64,000 nt of DNA from a virus: IMG/VR virus record IMGVR_UViG_3300025437_000010, positions 1-64,000 of that record; one strand, 5' to 3'. Below the pieces are notes generated by a model. The model was not told the origin of the DNA, did not search any database, and saw only the letters and a list, made by a program, of their open reading frames with translations. Shown piece after piece: positions 28,445-37,922 of this stretch (within the stretch, counting starts at the first letter, position 1; each line of letters starts with the position of its first letter). A program made the position numbers and the translations under genes.

Positions 28445-29980
28445 ATGAAAACCAATGACATTGAAACCATTAATTATTTCGCATATGCACACAACGCCAA
28501 TACTCATATCATGAAGAAACGCTGTCCTTCAGCAAAATTAATTGGCACTGGCGTTCTTAAAAATTTCAAGTTAGTTTTCCGCCATTATGCTGATATAGAA
28601 AATGAAGATAATACTGAATGCTATGGTGTTCTATGGAATATCAATATCAAAGAGTTAAAGACGCTTGATTATGACGAAGGCATTCACAAATCTTACAACA
28701 GAATTCCAGTATCCGTAGATACTGAAAATGGTCCAGTAAAAGCAATGGCATATATAATGGACCCCGCTAACAGTGTTAAAAAACTTACACCTGAATGGTA
28801 TATCAAAAGCGTTGAAGAGGGATATAAAGAACATGGTCTTCCCGTTGAAGCCGTAGAAAATGCTCCTAAGAATGAAGGCTTTGACCAACCACTAAGCGAA
28901 GCAGGAGGGGTGCCTACGTATTATTTCTCTTACGGAATGCTATGTGATCCTAATAATATGCATAATGCTAAATTAGTGGGCGTCGGTGAACTTCGCAATT
29001 TTGAGTTTAAATTGTATCGTTTTGCAAATGTTGAACCAAGCACGGGAAGCAAGGTGTATGGTTGCCTGTGGGAAGTTGATCGCAGAATGTTAAGTGAGTT
29101 GGATTACTTAGAGGGATATCCTCAGATGTATGACCGTCGCACATACCCTATATACTGTGATGGTCAAAAATATCCAGCAGAAGTCTATCTGATGACCCCA
29201 GATACTATTAATCGCCTGCAAGGCACTATCCCAGCCAACTCATATATTATGTCAATTAAGTATGGCTATTCGCATGCGGGTGTTCCTTTATACCAACTGT
29301 ATGATGCGCTTGATACATTAGACGATCACAAATATCATGGATACACTGATACTAAAAATGATTACTCCACGTGGAATAATAGTAGCTATCTAGACGTTAA
29401 AGATGACAACGAGGATAATGGTGATTGGGACCCTTCTTATAGAGGACACCGAAACATTCAATATGAAACTGTCAGCACGGGAATGGGAGGCGGATCAGCA
29501 GGTAATAGCGGCGGCGCAATGGTAGGTGGTCCAACTACCTATGAACAAGAACATGCTTTAACTAAACACAAAGGGCGTGGGCAGAGAAGAACATTAGCCA
29601 GCACTTATGAGAGTGTAGGTAACCAGACAATAACTCTATCAGACATTTATGATGGTGCTTATCCTGATCATGATGAAATGGTTTGGAACTTTGTTGGCGA
29701 TAACGACTTTGATATACCATTTGCTGTTCATACTATTCAACCATTTGTATTGGAACAATTGCTATCGAATCAACATGGTGTTGATGATTTAGAAGATTTG
29801 TTTGATAAAATGCAACCTGCTCAGGAAGCAATAGTATCTGATTATCAAAATAATCCTAATCTTTCTCAGGAAATAATAGTGCTTGCGGGTGACAGAATTA
29901 TTGACGGGCATCACAGGGCATTGGCAGCAGCATTATCTAATCGACCAATCAAGTATATTGATGTGACTGAGGAAGCATAA
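28445..29980 (+). CDS. Polyprotein: two gamma-glutamylcyclotransferase (GGCT/AIG2-like) domains plus a ParB/Srx domain
   Basis: YFAYAHN...GVLW...LDYDEG, then YFSYG...GCLW...LDYLEGYP, then IIDGHHR. Confidence 0.85.
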   Translation: MKTNDIETINYFAYAHNANTHIMKKRCPSAKLIGTGVLKNFKLVFRHYADIENEDNTECYGVLWNINIKELKTLDYDEGIHKSYNRIPVSVDTENGPVKAMAYIMDPANSVKKLTPEWYIKSVEEGYKEHGLPVEAVENAPKNEGFDQPLSEAGGVPTYYFSYGMLCDPNNMHNAKLVGVGELRNFEFKLYRFANVEPSTGSKVYGCLWEVDRRMLSELDYLEGYPQMYDRRTYPIYCDGQKYPAEVYLMTPDTINRLQGTIPANSYIMSIKYGYSHAGVPLYQLYDALDTLDDHKYHGYTDTKNDYSTWNNSSYLDVKDDNEDNGDWDPSYRGHRNIQYETVSTGMGGGSAGNSGGAMVGGPTTYEQEHALTKHKGRGQRRTLASTYESVGNQTITLSDIYDGAYPDHDEMVWNFVGDNDFDIPFAVHTIQPFVLEQLLSNQHGVDDLEDLFDKMQPAQEAIVSDYQNNPNLSQEIIVLAGDRIIDGHHRALAAALSNRPIKYIDVTEEA

Positions 29981-30004
29981 ATACTCCAATAAGGACTATT
30001 AATA

Positions 30005-30445
30005 ATGCTGGCTGATAATTTAAAAACATTGCTCGGAAGCACTCACGTATTATATACTAAAATACACGGATTTCACTGGAACGTTCAAGGAAAGGATTTC
30101 CCTCAATATCACAAATTCTTGAATAAATTCTATGATGAAGTTTATGAAACGATTGATACAATTGCTGAATATATCAGAACATTAGATTCATTTGCTCCGG
30201 GAAGTCTCGCGAGATTTATGGAACTTACCATAATTGAAGAACAATTATTGGTTCCAAGAGCAGAACTAATGATGGCAGAATTGCTTGAAGATTCAGAAAA
30301 AATGATAGAGTTAGTAAAAGACATATTTGACGTTGCTACTGAAGCCAGAGAGCAGGCGATTGCAAATTTTATGGCAGACCTACAAGAACTTTATGCTAAA
30401 AAAGCATGGATGTTGCGTTCAATTCTTAAAACTTCACGAGCATAA
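30005..30445 (+). CDS. dps: Dps family ferritin-like protein
   Basis: HGFHWNVQG..F..YH, DTIAE.IR and K.AWML motifs. Confidence 0.9.
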   Translation: MLADNLKTLLGSTHVLYTKIHGFHWNVQGKDFPQYHKFLNKFYDEVYETIDTIAEYIRTLDSFAPGSLARFMELTIIEEQLLVPRAELMMAELLEDSEKMIELVKDIFDVATEAREQAIANFMADLQELYAKKAWMLRSILKTSRA

Positions 30446-30448
30446 TAT

Positions 30449-33046
30449 ATGAGAGCAAAACAATTTCTTGAACTGTATGAGGCACAACAGCAACTATTTG
30501 AAGTGGAAATGTCCCCTTCAAGTTTAAGAAAACTTGCCAGTAATATTCCGGGTGCTTTAGCCGGTCTTGAGTATGAAATGTTTGTTCCGGATGTTGATTT
30601 AGGAGGCGATGACGATGAGCCAGAAGAAGACATGGATATGGACGAATCCGCAATTGACATTGACGATATTGTTCGTTTCTTTGACGACAGCGAACATAAT
30701 ACTTCAAGAACAATCCGCGAACTGAGACGAGAATTAGAAGAAAAATATTCCGAGTATGTTGACCGTGAAATTGAAGATGCCTGGCAGGGTTCCGAAGGTA
30801 AACAGCATCTTTACGACTGGATTAAAAATAATGTTGATAATGATGATCTTGCTGAATATTTAGACAAGACACCCGAAGAAGATGAAGAGGGCGATAAAGA
30901 AGAATTTAGTCCAACCGAGGAAGATTATGAAGAGGCAGCAGAAAAATCTTGGCAAGACGAAGATTCTTATTGTGATGATGCTAAAGAAGATTTCATTAAT
31001 GACTATGATAGAAGCAATTTCAGTGAGAGAGATTTCTTAAGAGATATCGGAATTTATCACATGTCAGACGTAAACGGTAGTGTTTATGTTGACCTCACAT
31101 GGCCGCACTGGATTCGCGGGTCATCGGGTGAAAGGGGAATTACTGAAGTTGCCGAAGACATATCAGAATTTTTAGGAATTCCGGTATATACGGGAGAATA
31201 TCATTCTGGCGCAAGATCACCAAATGGCTATACATTAGAGACTGATGGTAGTTTACAAAAAGACGGTTATGCGGGTCTGGAATTGATAAGCCCGACCCCG
31301 CCGCCCCCAGTTGCCAAAACTCTTGAGGACATGGATAAAATTATTGAATGGGCACATGATAATGATTGCATAACTAATAAATCATGCGGGCTTCACATGA
31401 ATATTAGTATTCCAAATTATAACAGAGATAATTTGGATTATGTAAAACTTGCAATACTTACAGGTGATAAATATGTTCTTGATCAATTTGGAAGAGCAGC
31501 TAATACATATTGTAAATCCGCTATTGATATTATTAAAAGTAAAGCAGCTAATACAGAGCAAGCTGAACAACTTATTGATAAGTTACGTAATAATGTAGAA
31601 GAAATTGCCAGTAAAATATTACATGGCGGTCGCACTGACAAATACACCAGTATTAATGTTAAAGAAAATCGTATAGAATTTCGTTCACCCGGAAATGATT
31701 GGCTAAATGCCGGGACTGAAAAATTGACAAACACGTTACTGCGTTTTGTAGTGGCATTGGATGCGGCTTGCGATCCAAACAAATACAAAAAAGAATATTA
31801 TAGGGCACTGTATAAATTACTTAAGCCAAAAGACCCCAAATCTGACATGAGTTATTTTGCTCGTTATATGTCAGGTGAAATGACTAAAGAAGCATTAGCC
31901 GGTGATCTTTTACGCGCAAGAAAAACTCGTCTTGGTAAAAGCGGTATTGAGGAACTAAGTGAGTCTGAGGTCGATGATGGCGACTGGATTGTAACTGTAG
32001 GTGGTCGCGACAATAATACTAATACTATATATCTCAGATATACCAAACAAGTAAGTAATGGGACAGAAGCATTATCTGCCGCTCAAAAATTATATCCAAA
32101 AATATTTAATAAAAATAATGTTCAAAATACCACAGTTCAGAGATATAAAATTGATATTGATCCAGATTTAAAACTTTATAGAGTATATTATGGTTACTTG
32201 AACACTGACGTTGTTGCCAAGTCTGAACAGGAAGCAGAAAAGTTAGTTAAGATCATTGATGCTAGGCAAATTTCTCAATTTGGTGGTGACCCACGACTTA
32301 AGGCTGAAGAACTTGTGTCAGCTACTAAAAGAGCCATGAAAAATATGCTAATCATACAAAATAATAAGTTTGAAGAAGGTAAACATTGGCTTGAAAGTGA
32401 CAAAATTTATATTATTAGAGGCAATTTAGAATATGACATACCCATCAAATATATTGCCGCTAAAACAGAGCAAGAAGCCGAAGTGATCGCCAAACTAATG
32501 TATCCTCAATTTGATGATGATGCTAATAATTGGTATATTGTTCGTGGTTCGGGCAATATTCTCTATCCAGAAGAATCTGCAACATATAGAAAAGCACAAG
32601 AAGAATTAATTAAAAATAATCAAACCAATCGTCAGTCAACAGATGACACGCATGCCACAGATATGTCAGATATTAAAATGTATCGCGTTCATAATATAAT
32701 TGGATATGATTATGTAATGGCTAAATCGGAGGAAGAGGCGGAGGCGCTGGCCACTAAGATTAATTATGTAAAATTCCCCGCTGGTTCAGTGACTGCAGTT
32801 AGGGCAGAATTAGACCCAAGCAATACCGAGGAATTCGTTAGAAGACAAAATCTTAGATTAGCAAATGCACCTAAACCTTATCATATTATTGACACAAGAA
32901 CTAATCAGCCTGTGCCTGATTCTACATTCCCGGTGATTAATGATCATGATGCAGTTTTGAGATTGCGTGATTATGCAAGTTTTGGAAGACATGGTTTATC
33001 ATCAGCCCGAGCGCGCGAAGTGTTTGCGGTTCGTCCAGTGTCTTGA
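30449..33046 (+). CDS. Putative amidoligase (COOH-NH2 ligase type 2) with acidic insert and C-terminal repeats
   Basis: GLEYEM, ETDGSL, GLELIS, CGLHMNIS and IEFR motifs; leader MRAKQFLE. Confidence 0.8.
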   Translation: MRAKQFLELYEAQQQLFEVEMSPSSLRKLASNIPGALAGLEYEMFVPDVDLGGDDDEPEEDMDMDESAIDIDDIVRFFDDSEHNTSRTIRELRRELEEKYSEYVDREIEDAWQGSEGKQHLYDWIKNNVDNDDLAEYLDKTPEEDEEGDKEEFSPTEEDYEEAAEKSWQDEDSYCDDAKEDFINDYDRSNFSERDFLRDIGIYHMSDVNGSVYVDLTWPHWIRGSSGERGITEVAEDISEFLGIPVYTGEYHSGARSPNGYTLETDGSLQKDGYAGLELISPTPPPPVAKTLEDMDKIIEWAHDNDCITNKSCGLHMNISIPNYNRDNLDYVKLAILTGDKYVLDQFGRAANTYCKSAIDIIKSKAANTEQAEQLIDKLRNNVEEIASKILHGGRTDKYTSINVKENRIEFRSPGNDWLNAGTEKLTNTLLRFVVALDAACDPNKYKKEYYRALYKLLKPKDPKSDMSYFARYMSGEMTKEALAGDLLRARKTRLGKSGIEELSESEVDDGDWIVTVGGRDNNTNTIYLRYTKQVSNGTEALSAAQKLYPKIFNKNNVQNTTVQRYKIDIDPDLKLYRVYYGYLNTDVVAKSEQEAEKLVKIIDARQISQFGGDPRLKAEELVSATKRAMKNMLIIQNNKFEEGKHWLESDKIYIIRGNLEYDIPIKYIAAKTEQEAEVIAKLMYPQFDDDANNWYIVRGSGNILYPEESATYRKAQEELIKNNQTNRQSTDDTHATDMSDIKMYRVHNIIGYDYVMAKSEEEAEALATKINYVKFPAGSVTAVRAELDPSNTEEFVRRQNLRLANAPKPYHIIDTRTNQPVPDSTFPVINDHDAVLRLRDYASFGRHGLSSARAREVFAVRPVS

Positions 33047-33052
33047 TAAATA
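33046..33052 (+). promoter_or_regulatory. Late promoter
   Basis: ATAAATA overlapping the upstream stop codon. Confidence 0.6.
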
Positions 33053-33072
33053 CTAATTAATATGAGAGCAGT

Positions 33073-35718
33073 ATGAGAGCAAAACAATTTCTTGAACTTT
33101 ACGAAGCACAGCAGCAATTATTTGAAGTGGAAATGTCTCCTTCAAATTTAAGAAAACTTGCCAAAGGCATTGAAGGTGCCAAAGTTGGTATTGAATTTGA
33201 AATGGTTGTTCCAAACGTAAGTATAGAAAACAATGACGATGATGATGATGAAGTGAATTTTCCGGAACCAGAAATGAATAACCTATATGAACCTGCAAGA
33301 AGCATAGATGACATTGTTGAGTTCTTTGATAACCCTGGTTACAATGACTCACGCACAATCACCAGACTTAGAAACATATTAGAGACTAAATACCGAGAAT
33401 GGGCTAAGCAGTTCGTTGATAAACAATGGGACAAGAATGGAAAAGAATATCTTCTAAATTGGATTAGAAAAAATGTTAGCCCAAACAAAATTGCTGATTA
33501 TTTAGATTTACCCGAAGATTTGTTAGGTGATCGCATTCCTTCTAAGGAAGATTATGAAGAAGTAGCGTATGAAGAATGGATGCGCCCCGGCAATGCGGCT
33601 GGACATAATTATTATGATGCGGCATATGAATCATTTCGCGACGGTGATGTATTGCCTAATTATTATTATGATGAAGATGATGAAGACTCTGATCCGGACG
33701 AAAATAAAGAATATATATTTGGTTTTGACAGCGATGATGCCGATGATGCTGATGAAGAAACATTCTTAGAAAGTCTCGGAATCAATGATATGGAAGATGT
33801 GTATCATAACTCATTGAATAGCAATCATGTATTATCATGGCCAAGCTGGACTGATCCACAACCTGAATATAACAGTAGTAGTAGTTCTTCTTCTGGCGGA
33901 TCAGAATCAATACAAGATACCGCATTAGGGTTCATGAAGGCTCTCGGCTATGATTCAATTGCATATTCTACTTCATATCACGGAACATATTATAAATGGG
34001 ACGGTAACGATTGGGAATATTATGGTAATAAAAAACCAAATGATTGTTATGCGGTTGAGCCGGATACCAGCATAACAAAAAAGTCCGATGAGGCAGGTTT
34101 GGAGTTTGTGAGTCCACCACTTCCTCCAGAACAAATTATGGCAGATATTAAAAATATAAAAACATGGGCTAATCGCATTGGAGCCTATACTAATAAATCT
34201 ACTGCCATTCATACTAATGTTAGCGTTCCTAATTATGATATAGGAAAAGTTGACTATGTTAAACTTGCTCTATTATCTGGCGACAAATATGTCTTAGATC
34301 AGTTTGGTCGGACATTTAATGATTATACCAGTTCTTCACTAGATATTATCAAAAATAGATCATCTCGGTTATCTAATGAACAAGTAGAAAAGTTGTTGGA
34401 TAAACTAAAAAACAACGTGGAAGAAATAGCCAGCAATGAAATTCATGGACCATATTCAATGAAAAAAATGGTATCTGTTAATACCGGCGATCCGGCTGGT
34501 TACAATAAGAAAAGCGGTTATGTAGAGTTTCGTGCTCCGGGTGGCGATTGGCTTGGGACTAACTATGAAAAAATTGAGAATACGATTCTAAGATATATCG
34601 TCGCTCTTGATGCTGCCGGTAATCCTGAAAAATACAAACGTGAATATACTAAAGCGTTGTATAAAATACTAAAACCCAAGACTGCCACAGATAACATGAG
34701 TCTATTTGCTCAATATATGGCTGGTAATATTACCAAAGAAGCATTAGTAAGTAAACTTAAGGTTAAGAAAAAACCTTCACAAACAAACGATAAAATTGCT
34801 TCCACACAGTCAGGTGAAGATGAAACTATGTATAGATTCAGCACTCGTGATGGTTCAGTTGCGCCTGCTTATGCATCTGGTTCTGATCCAATGGAAGCAT
34901 TTGATAGATTAACTGCACGTAATGCTGTATGGAGAACTATGCCTATTAGTAATGTTCTTACTCATGTTGCTGAACCCAGTCGAAGACAAACTCCTCCTGA
35001 TGTTCAACAATTATCATCACCTGAACCTGATTCAATACCTGAATTAACCCGTGAATATCAACAGTGGTGTGAGCAACAAGGTCTTCCATATGTGGCAACA
35101 GAATATCAGGACTTTGATGAACTAACCGATGCGCAACGTGATTGGATAATGCGCTTTAATGTTCGCTGGTCGGCTGCAGAAGAAGCGCGTGATGCGCCCC
35201 AACAACAATCATCTTCCGAAAGAAGATTGTATTCAGTAAGAAATACAGACACAGGTGACGTAATGCAAGTTTTTGCAGATAGCCCCCTTAACGCAATGAT
35301 CGGTGCAAGAAGTGAAAATCCCGACTTCCGTAATGCTTCTCTTCATGCAGCAATAACTGCACCTGAACCAGATCAAACTCCCCGCCACACAGAAGGCGAA
35401 TCATTATATCGGGTGACCAATAATAACACTGGTGAGCAAATAACTATTGCCGCAGGTTCATTACAAACTGCATATGGCAGAGCGCAAAGAAACAATCCAT
35501 CATGGCAAGGCTCCATACTGACTGCCCGTCAGATTGGCTCTGATGAAATTAGTCCAGAATCTCCGACATATGATGTGCGTGATACAGCAGGAACAATACA
35601 TACATTACAAATACAAGCCAACAACGCCGATGAAGCCAGAAGAATAGCAAGATTACGTTATCCCGAACTTGACAGTCTTCCGGACACCAGACTTCTTGCA
35701 ACAAGAAGATCATCATAA
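33073..35718 (+). CDS. Putative amidoligase, tandem paralogue of 30449..33046
   Basis: GIEFEM, EPDTSI, GLEFVS, AIHTNVS and VEFR motifs; first ~30 aa nearly identical to the paralogue. Confidence 0.8.
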   Translation: MRAKQFLELYEAQQQLFEVEMSPSNLRKLAKGIEGAKVGIEFEMVVPNVSIENNDDDDDEVNFPEPEMNNLYEPARSIDDIVEFFDNPGYNDSRTITRLRNILETKYREWAKQFVDKQWDKNGKEYLLNWIRKNVSPNKIADYLDLPEDLLGDRIPSKEDYEEVAYEEWMRPGNAAGHNYYDAAYESFRDGDVLPNYYYDEDDEDSDPDENKEYIFGFDSDDADDADEETFLESLGINDMEDVYHNSLNSNHVLSWPSWTDPQPEYNSSSSSSSGGSESIQDTALGFMKALGYDSIAYSTSYHGTYYKWDGNDWEYYGNKKPNDCYAVEPDTSITKKSDEAGLEFVSPPLPPEQIMADIKNIKTWANRIGAYTNKSTAIHTNVSVPNYDIGKVDYVKLALLSGDKYVLDQFGRTFNDYTSSSLDIIKNRSSRLSNEQVEKLLDKLKNNVEEIASNEIHGPYSMKKMVSVNTGDPAGYNKKSGYVEFRAPGGDWLGTNYEKIENTILRYIVALDAAGNPEKYKREYTKALYKILKPKTATDNMSLFAQYMAGNITKEALVSKLKVKKKPSQTNDKIASTQSGEDETMYRFSTRDGSVAPAYASGSDPMEAFDRLTARNAVWRTMPISNVLTHVAEPSRRQTPPDVQQLSSPEPDSIPELTREYQQWCEQQGLPYVATEYQDFDELTDAQRDWIMRFNVRWSAAEEARDAPQQQSSSERRLYSVRNTDTGDVMQVFADSPLNAMIGARSENPDFRNASLHAAITAPEPDQTPRHTEGESLYRVTNNNTGEQITIAAGSLQTAYGRAQRNNPSWQGSILTARQIGSDEISPESPTYDVRDTAGTIHTLQIQANNADEARRIARLRYPELDSLPDTRLLATRRSS

Positions 35719-37919
35719 TGAGAGCAAATGAATTCATAACAGAGTCATCGGGAGTAAGACTCAAAGATTTAGCCACTGTGAAAACTAATTTTCCGGATGC
35801 CGATTTCTGGCTTCAGCGCAAAGGTAGCGAGAAGTCTGTAGGCACACCAACCAAAGAGTTTTCACCAGAAAATATCGGCATCAAGGTAACGGCTACTGAT
35901 GTTCTTGATGCAAGATATCTGTATTACATGATGCAGCATATTCACAACATTGGATATTGGAAACAGTTTGCGAGTGGTGCATTGAGACTAGTCAATCTTC
36001 CATTACAACATGTTGCCAATCTTCCTCTTGGTATGAATGAATCTTTAAATGAAGATGAAAATGTTCAAATAAAAACTGACCTAACTTATACCGATAGCTA
36101 TCAGGGACAGGCAGACGGATTCATACTTGCATCTGCTAACGGTAAATCACCATGGGCGGATGAAGGAAATGGCTATTGTCCTAATGCAGTTGGTGGATTG
36201 GATTTTAGTATCTACGAAGGCAAGGCATTAATCAAAATGGTGCAGGTTAAGCCCGAATATCAACGCATGGGAATCGGATTGGCTTTAGTAAAAAGACTTG
36301 AACAAGAAGTTGGTAAGGGAAACATTGACTGGGGGATGATGACCGACACCGGAAAAGTATTACATGATAAGTATCAGAATTTAGATGAGGCGTTGCCAAC
36401 TTGGGCTAAAAAAGGTGAGTTTATAATTGAGTCAATCGGACCTGATACGATCTTTAATCAGGTGAAAAAAATTCACCATACCTTCCGAGATATAGAAGAA
36501 GGTGATTTACCTGACCGTATCTATTGGTTTAGTGAGTACAAGAAAAGTGAACTCCCGCTATCACTGCTTTATTTACATGAATTTTTTGTTGATGAGCAAT
36601 TGGTAGATGATTATGTAAAACTAATCCAATCTTCACCCAATACAATGCCGCCTATTGTATATGATCCTATCGCTGGTTCAATCATTGACGGTAATCATAG
36701 AGCCAATGCTTATGCTAAATTAGGCTATGACACTATACCCGCATACGTTGGGTTAACAAAATCTGACAGTTACGGTGAGCGTGAAAACGAAATTGACGAA
36801 GCATTTCCTTCTTGGGCTAAAAAAGGTGCATTGGCAGCAGGCGGCGCGGCTGCATTGGCGGCTGGTGGTGTAGCACTAAGGCATGCACAAGACGATAAGC
36901 CTCAAGTCAGATTTGAACTCCCAAATGCTAAATCAGCAGAGAACGCACTCCGCCAAGATGCAAAAATTCTCGCTCATACTATGTGGGGAGAAGCAAGAGA
37001 CCAAGGCATTGATGGTATGATTGCCATCGGCAACGTCATAAATAATCGTGCCAAGGATACGAAACATGCAAGAATGTTTGGACAAGGCATCAAAAATATT
37101 GCAACCAAACACAAGCAATTTAGTTGCTGGAATCCCAATGATCCAAACTTTAAGTATGCTAAAGAAATGGAAAAAATTGATCACATCGTCAACACAAAGC
37201 GCGCGCCGAACAACGAAGACTTCAATAAATGGTTATCAGAGTTTAAAAATACCGGAGAGTTTCTAGATTATAAAAAATGGCGTAAGAGTTTAGAACTGGC
37301 AACTAAAATTCTGTCTGGTCAACTTCCTGATCCAACTCATGGAGCAGTGTATTATCACACTAAAAACGTTCATCCTGAATGGGCAAAGAGTATGAAAAAA
37401 ATAGGCTCACTTGGTCAGCACGTTTTTTATTCTTTACCTACGGCTATAAAAGAAACTCATGAATTAGACGAATACAAAGTGGACAATGAAAATGGTTTGG
37501 GTCAAGTTCCATACAATGCTAATGTGGATTATATGGGATTACGAGTTTTAATGAAACCGAGTATATTTTTGAAACTTGCTCACAAATTAGAAAATCCCAG
37601 AAGCGTTGATCATATCGTGAATCACATTAAACAAGGTGGCGCATTGGGTTCTCCATTTTTGTCCATAGACATTCCCCGTGAATGGGAAGAGGGCGATTTC
37701 AAACATGATGCCAGAGTAAGCGGACACGAAGGACGCAATCGCATGATGGCTATTCAGCAAGTTGAAGGCGATGATCCAGTTGAAGTTCACCTATTTCCGC
37801 GTGGAGGAATGAGAGCCAGACATCTTACGTCAGAAATTATCAAGCATTTACAAGATAGTATGTTTGGACAAGACGGAAACTATGTGTGTGGAAATTTATT
37901 CCAATTAATGCAAAAATAA
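35718..37919 (+). CDS. Five-domain polyprotein: HsdS TRD-like, GNAT, ParB/Srx, SleB-type cell-wall hydrolase, ParB-like
   Basis: Leader MRANEFITE; LDARYLYY; VKPEYQRMGIG; IIDGNHR; TMWGEAR...VINNR...QFSCWN...DPTHGAVYYH...HVFY; GHEGRNR. Confidence 0.8.
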   Translation: MRANEFITESSGVRLKDLATVKTNFPDADFWLQRKGSEKSVGTPTKEFSPENIGIKVTATDVLDARYLYYMMQHIHNIGYWKQFASGALRLVNLPLQHVANLPLGMNESLNEDENVQIKTDLTYTDSYQGQADGFILASANGKSPWADEGNGYCPNAVGGLDFSIYEGKALIKMVQVKPEYQRMGIGLALVKRLEQEVGKGNIDWGMMTDTGKVLHDKYQNLDEALPTWAKKGEFIIESIGPDTIFNQVKKIHHTFRDIEEGDLPDRIYWFSEYKKSELPLSLLYLHEFFVDEQLVDDYVKLIQSSPNTMPPIVYDPIAGSIIDGNHRANAYAKLGYDTIPAYVGLTKSDSYGERENEIDEAFPSWAKKGALAAGGAAALAAGGVALRHAQDDKPQVRFELPNAKSAENALRQDAKILAHTMWGEARDQGIDGMIAIGNVINNRAKDTKHARMFGQGIKNIATKHKQFSCWNPNDPNFKYAKEMEKIDHIVNTKRAPNNEDFNKWLSEFKNTGEFLDYKKWRKSLELATKILSGQLPDPTHGAVYYHTKNVHPEWAKSMKKIGSLGQHVFYSLPTAIKETHELDEYKVDNENGLGQVPYNANVDYMGLRVLMKPSIFLKLAHKLENPRSVDHIVNHIKQGGALGSPFLSIDIPREWEEGDFKHDARVSGHEGRNRMMAIQQVEGDDPVEVHLFPRGGMRARHLTSEIIKHLQDSMFGQDGNYVCGNLFQLMQK
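36400..36828 (+). repeat. 18-bp perfect direct repeat (cttgggctaaaaaaggtg) flanking the ParB/Srx domain
   Basis: Copies at 36400-36417 and 36811-36828, 411 bp (137 codons) apart. Confidence 0.9.
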
Positions 37920-37922
37920 CTG

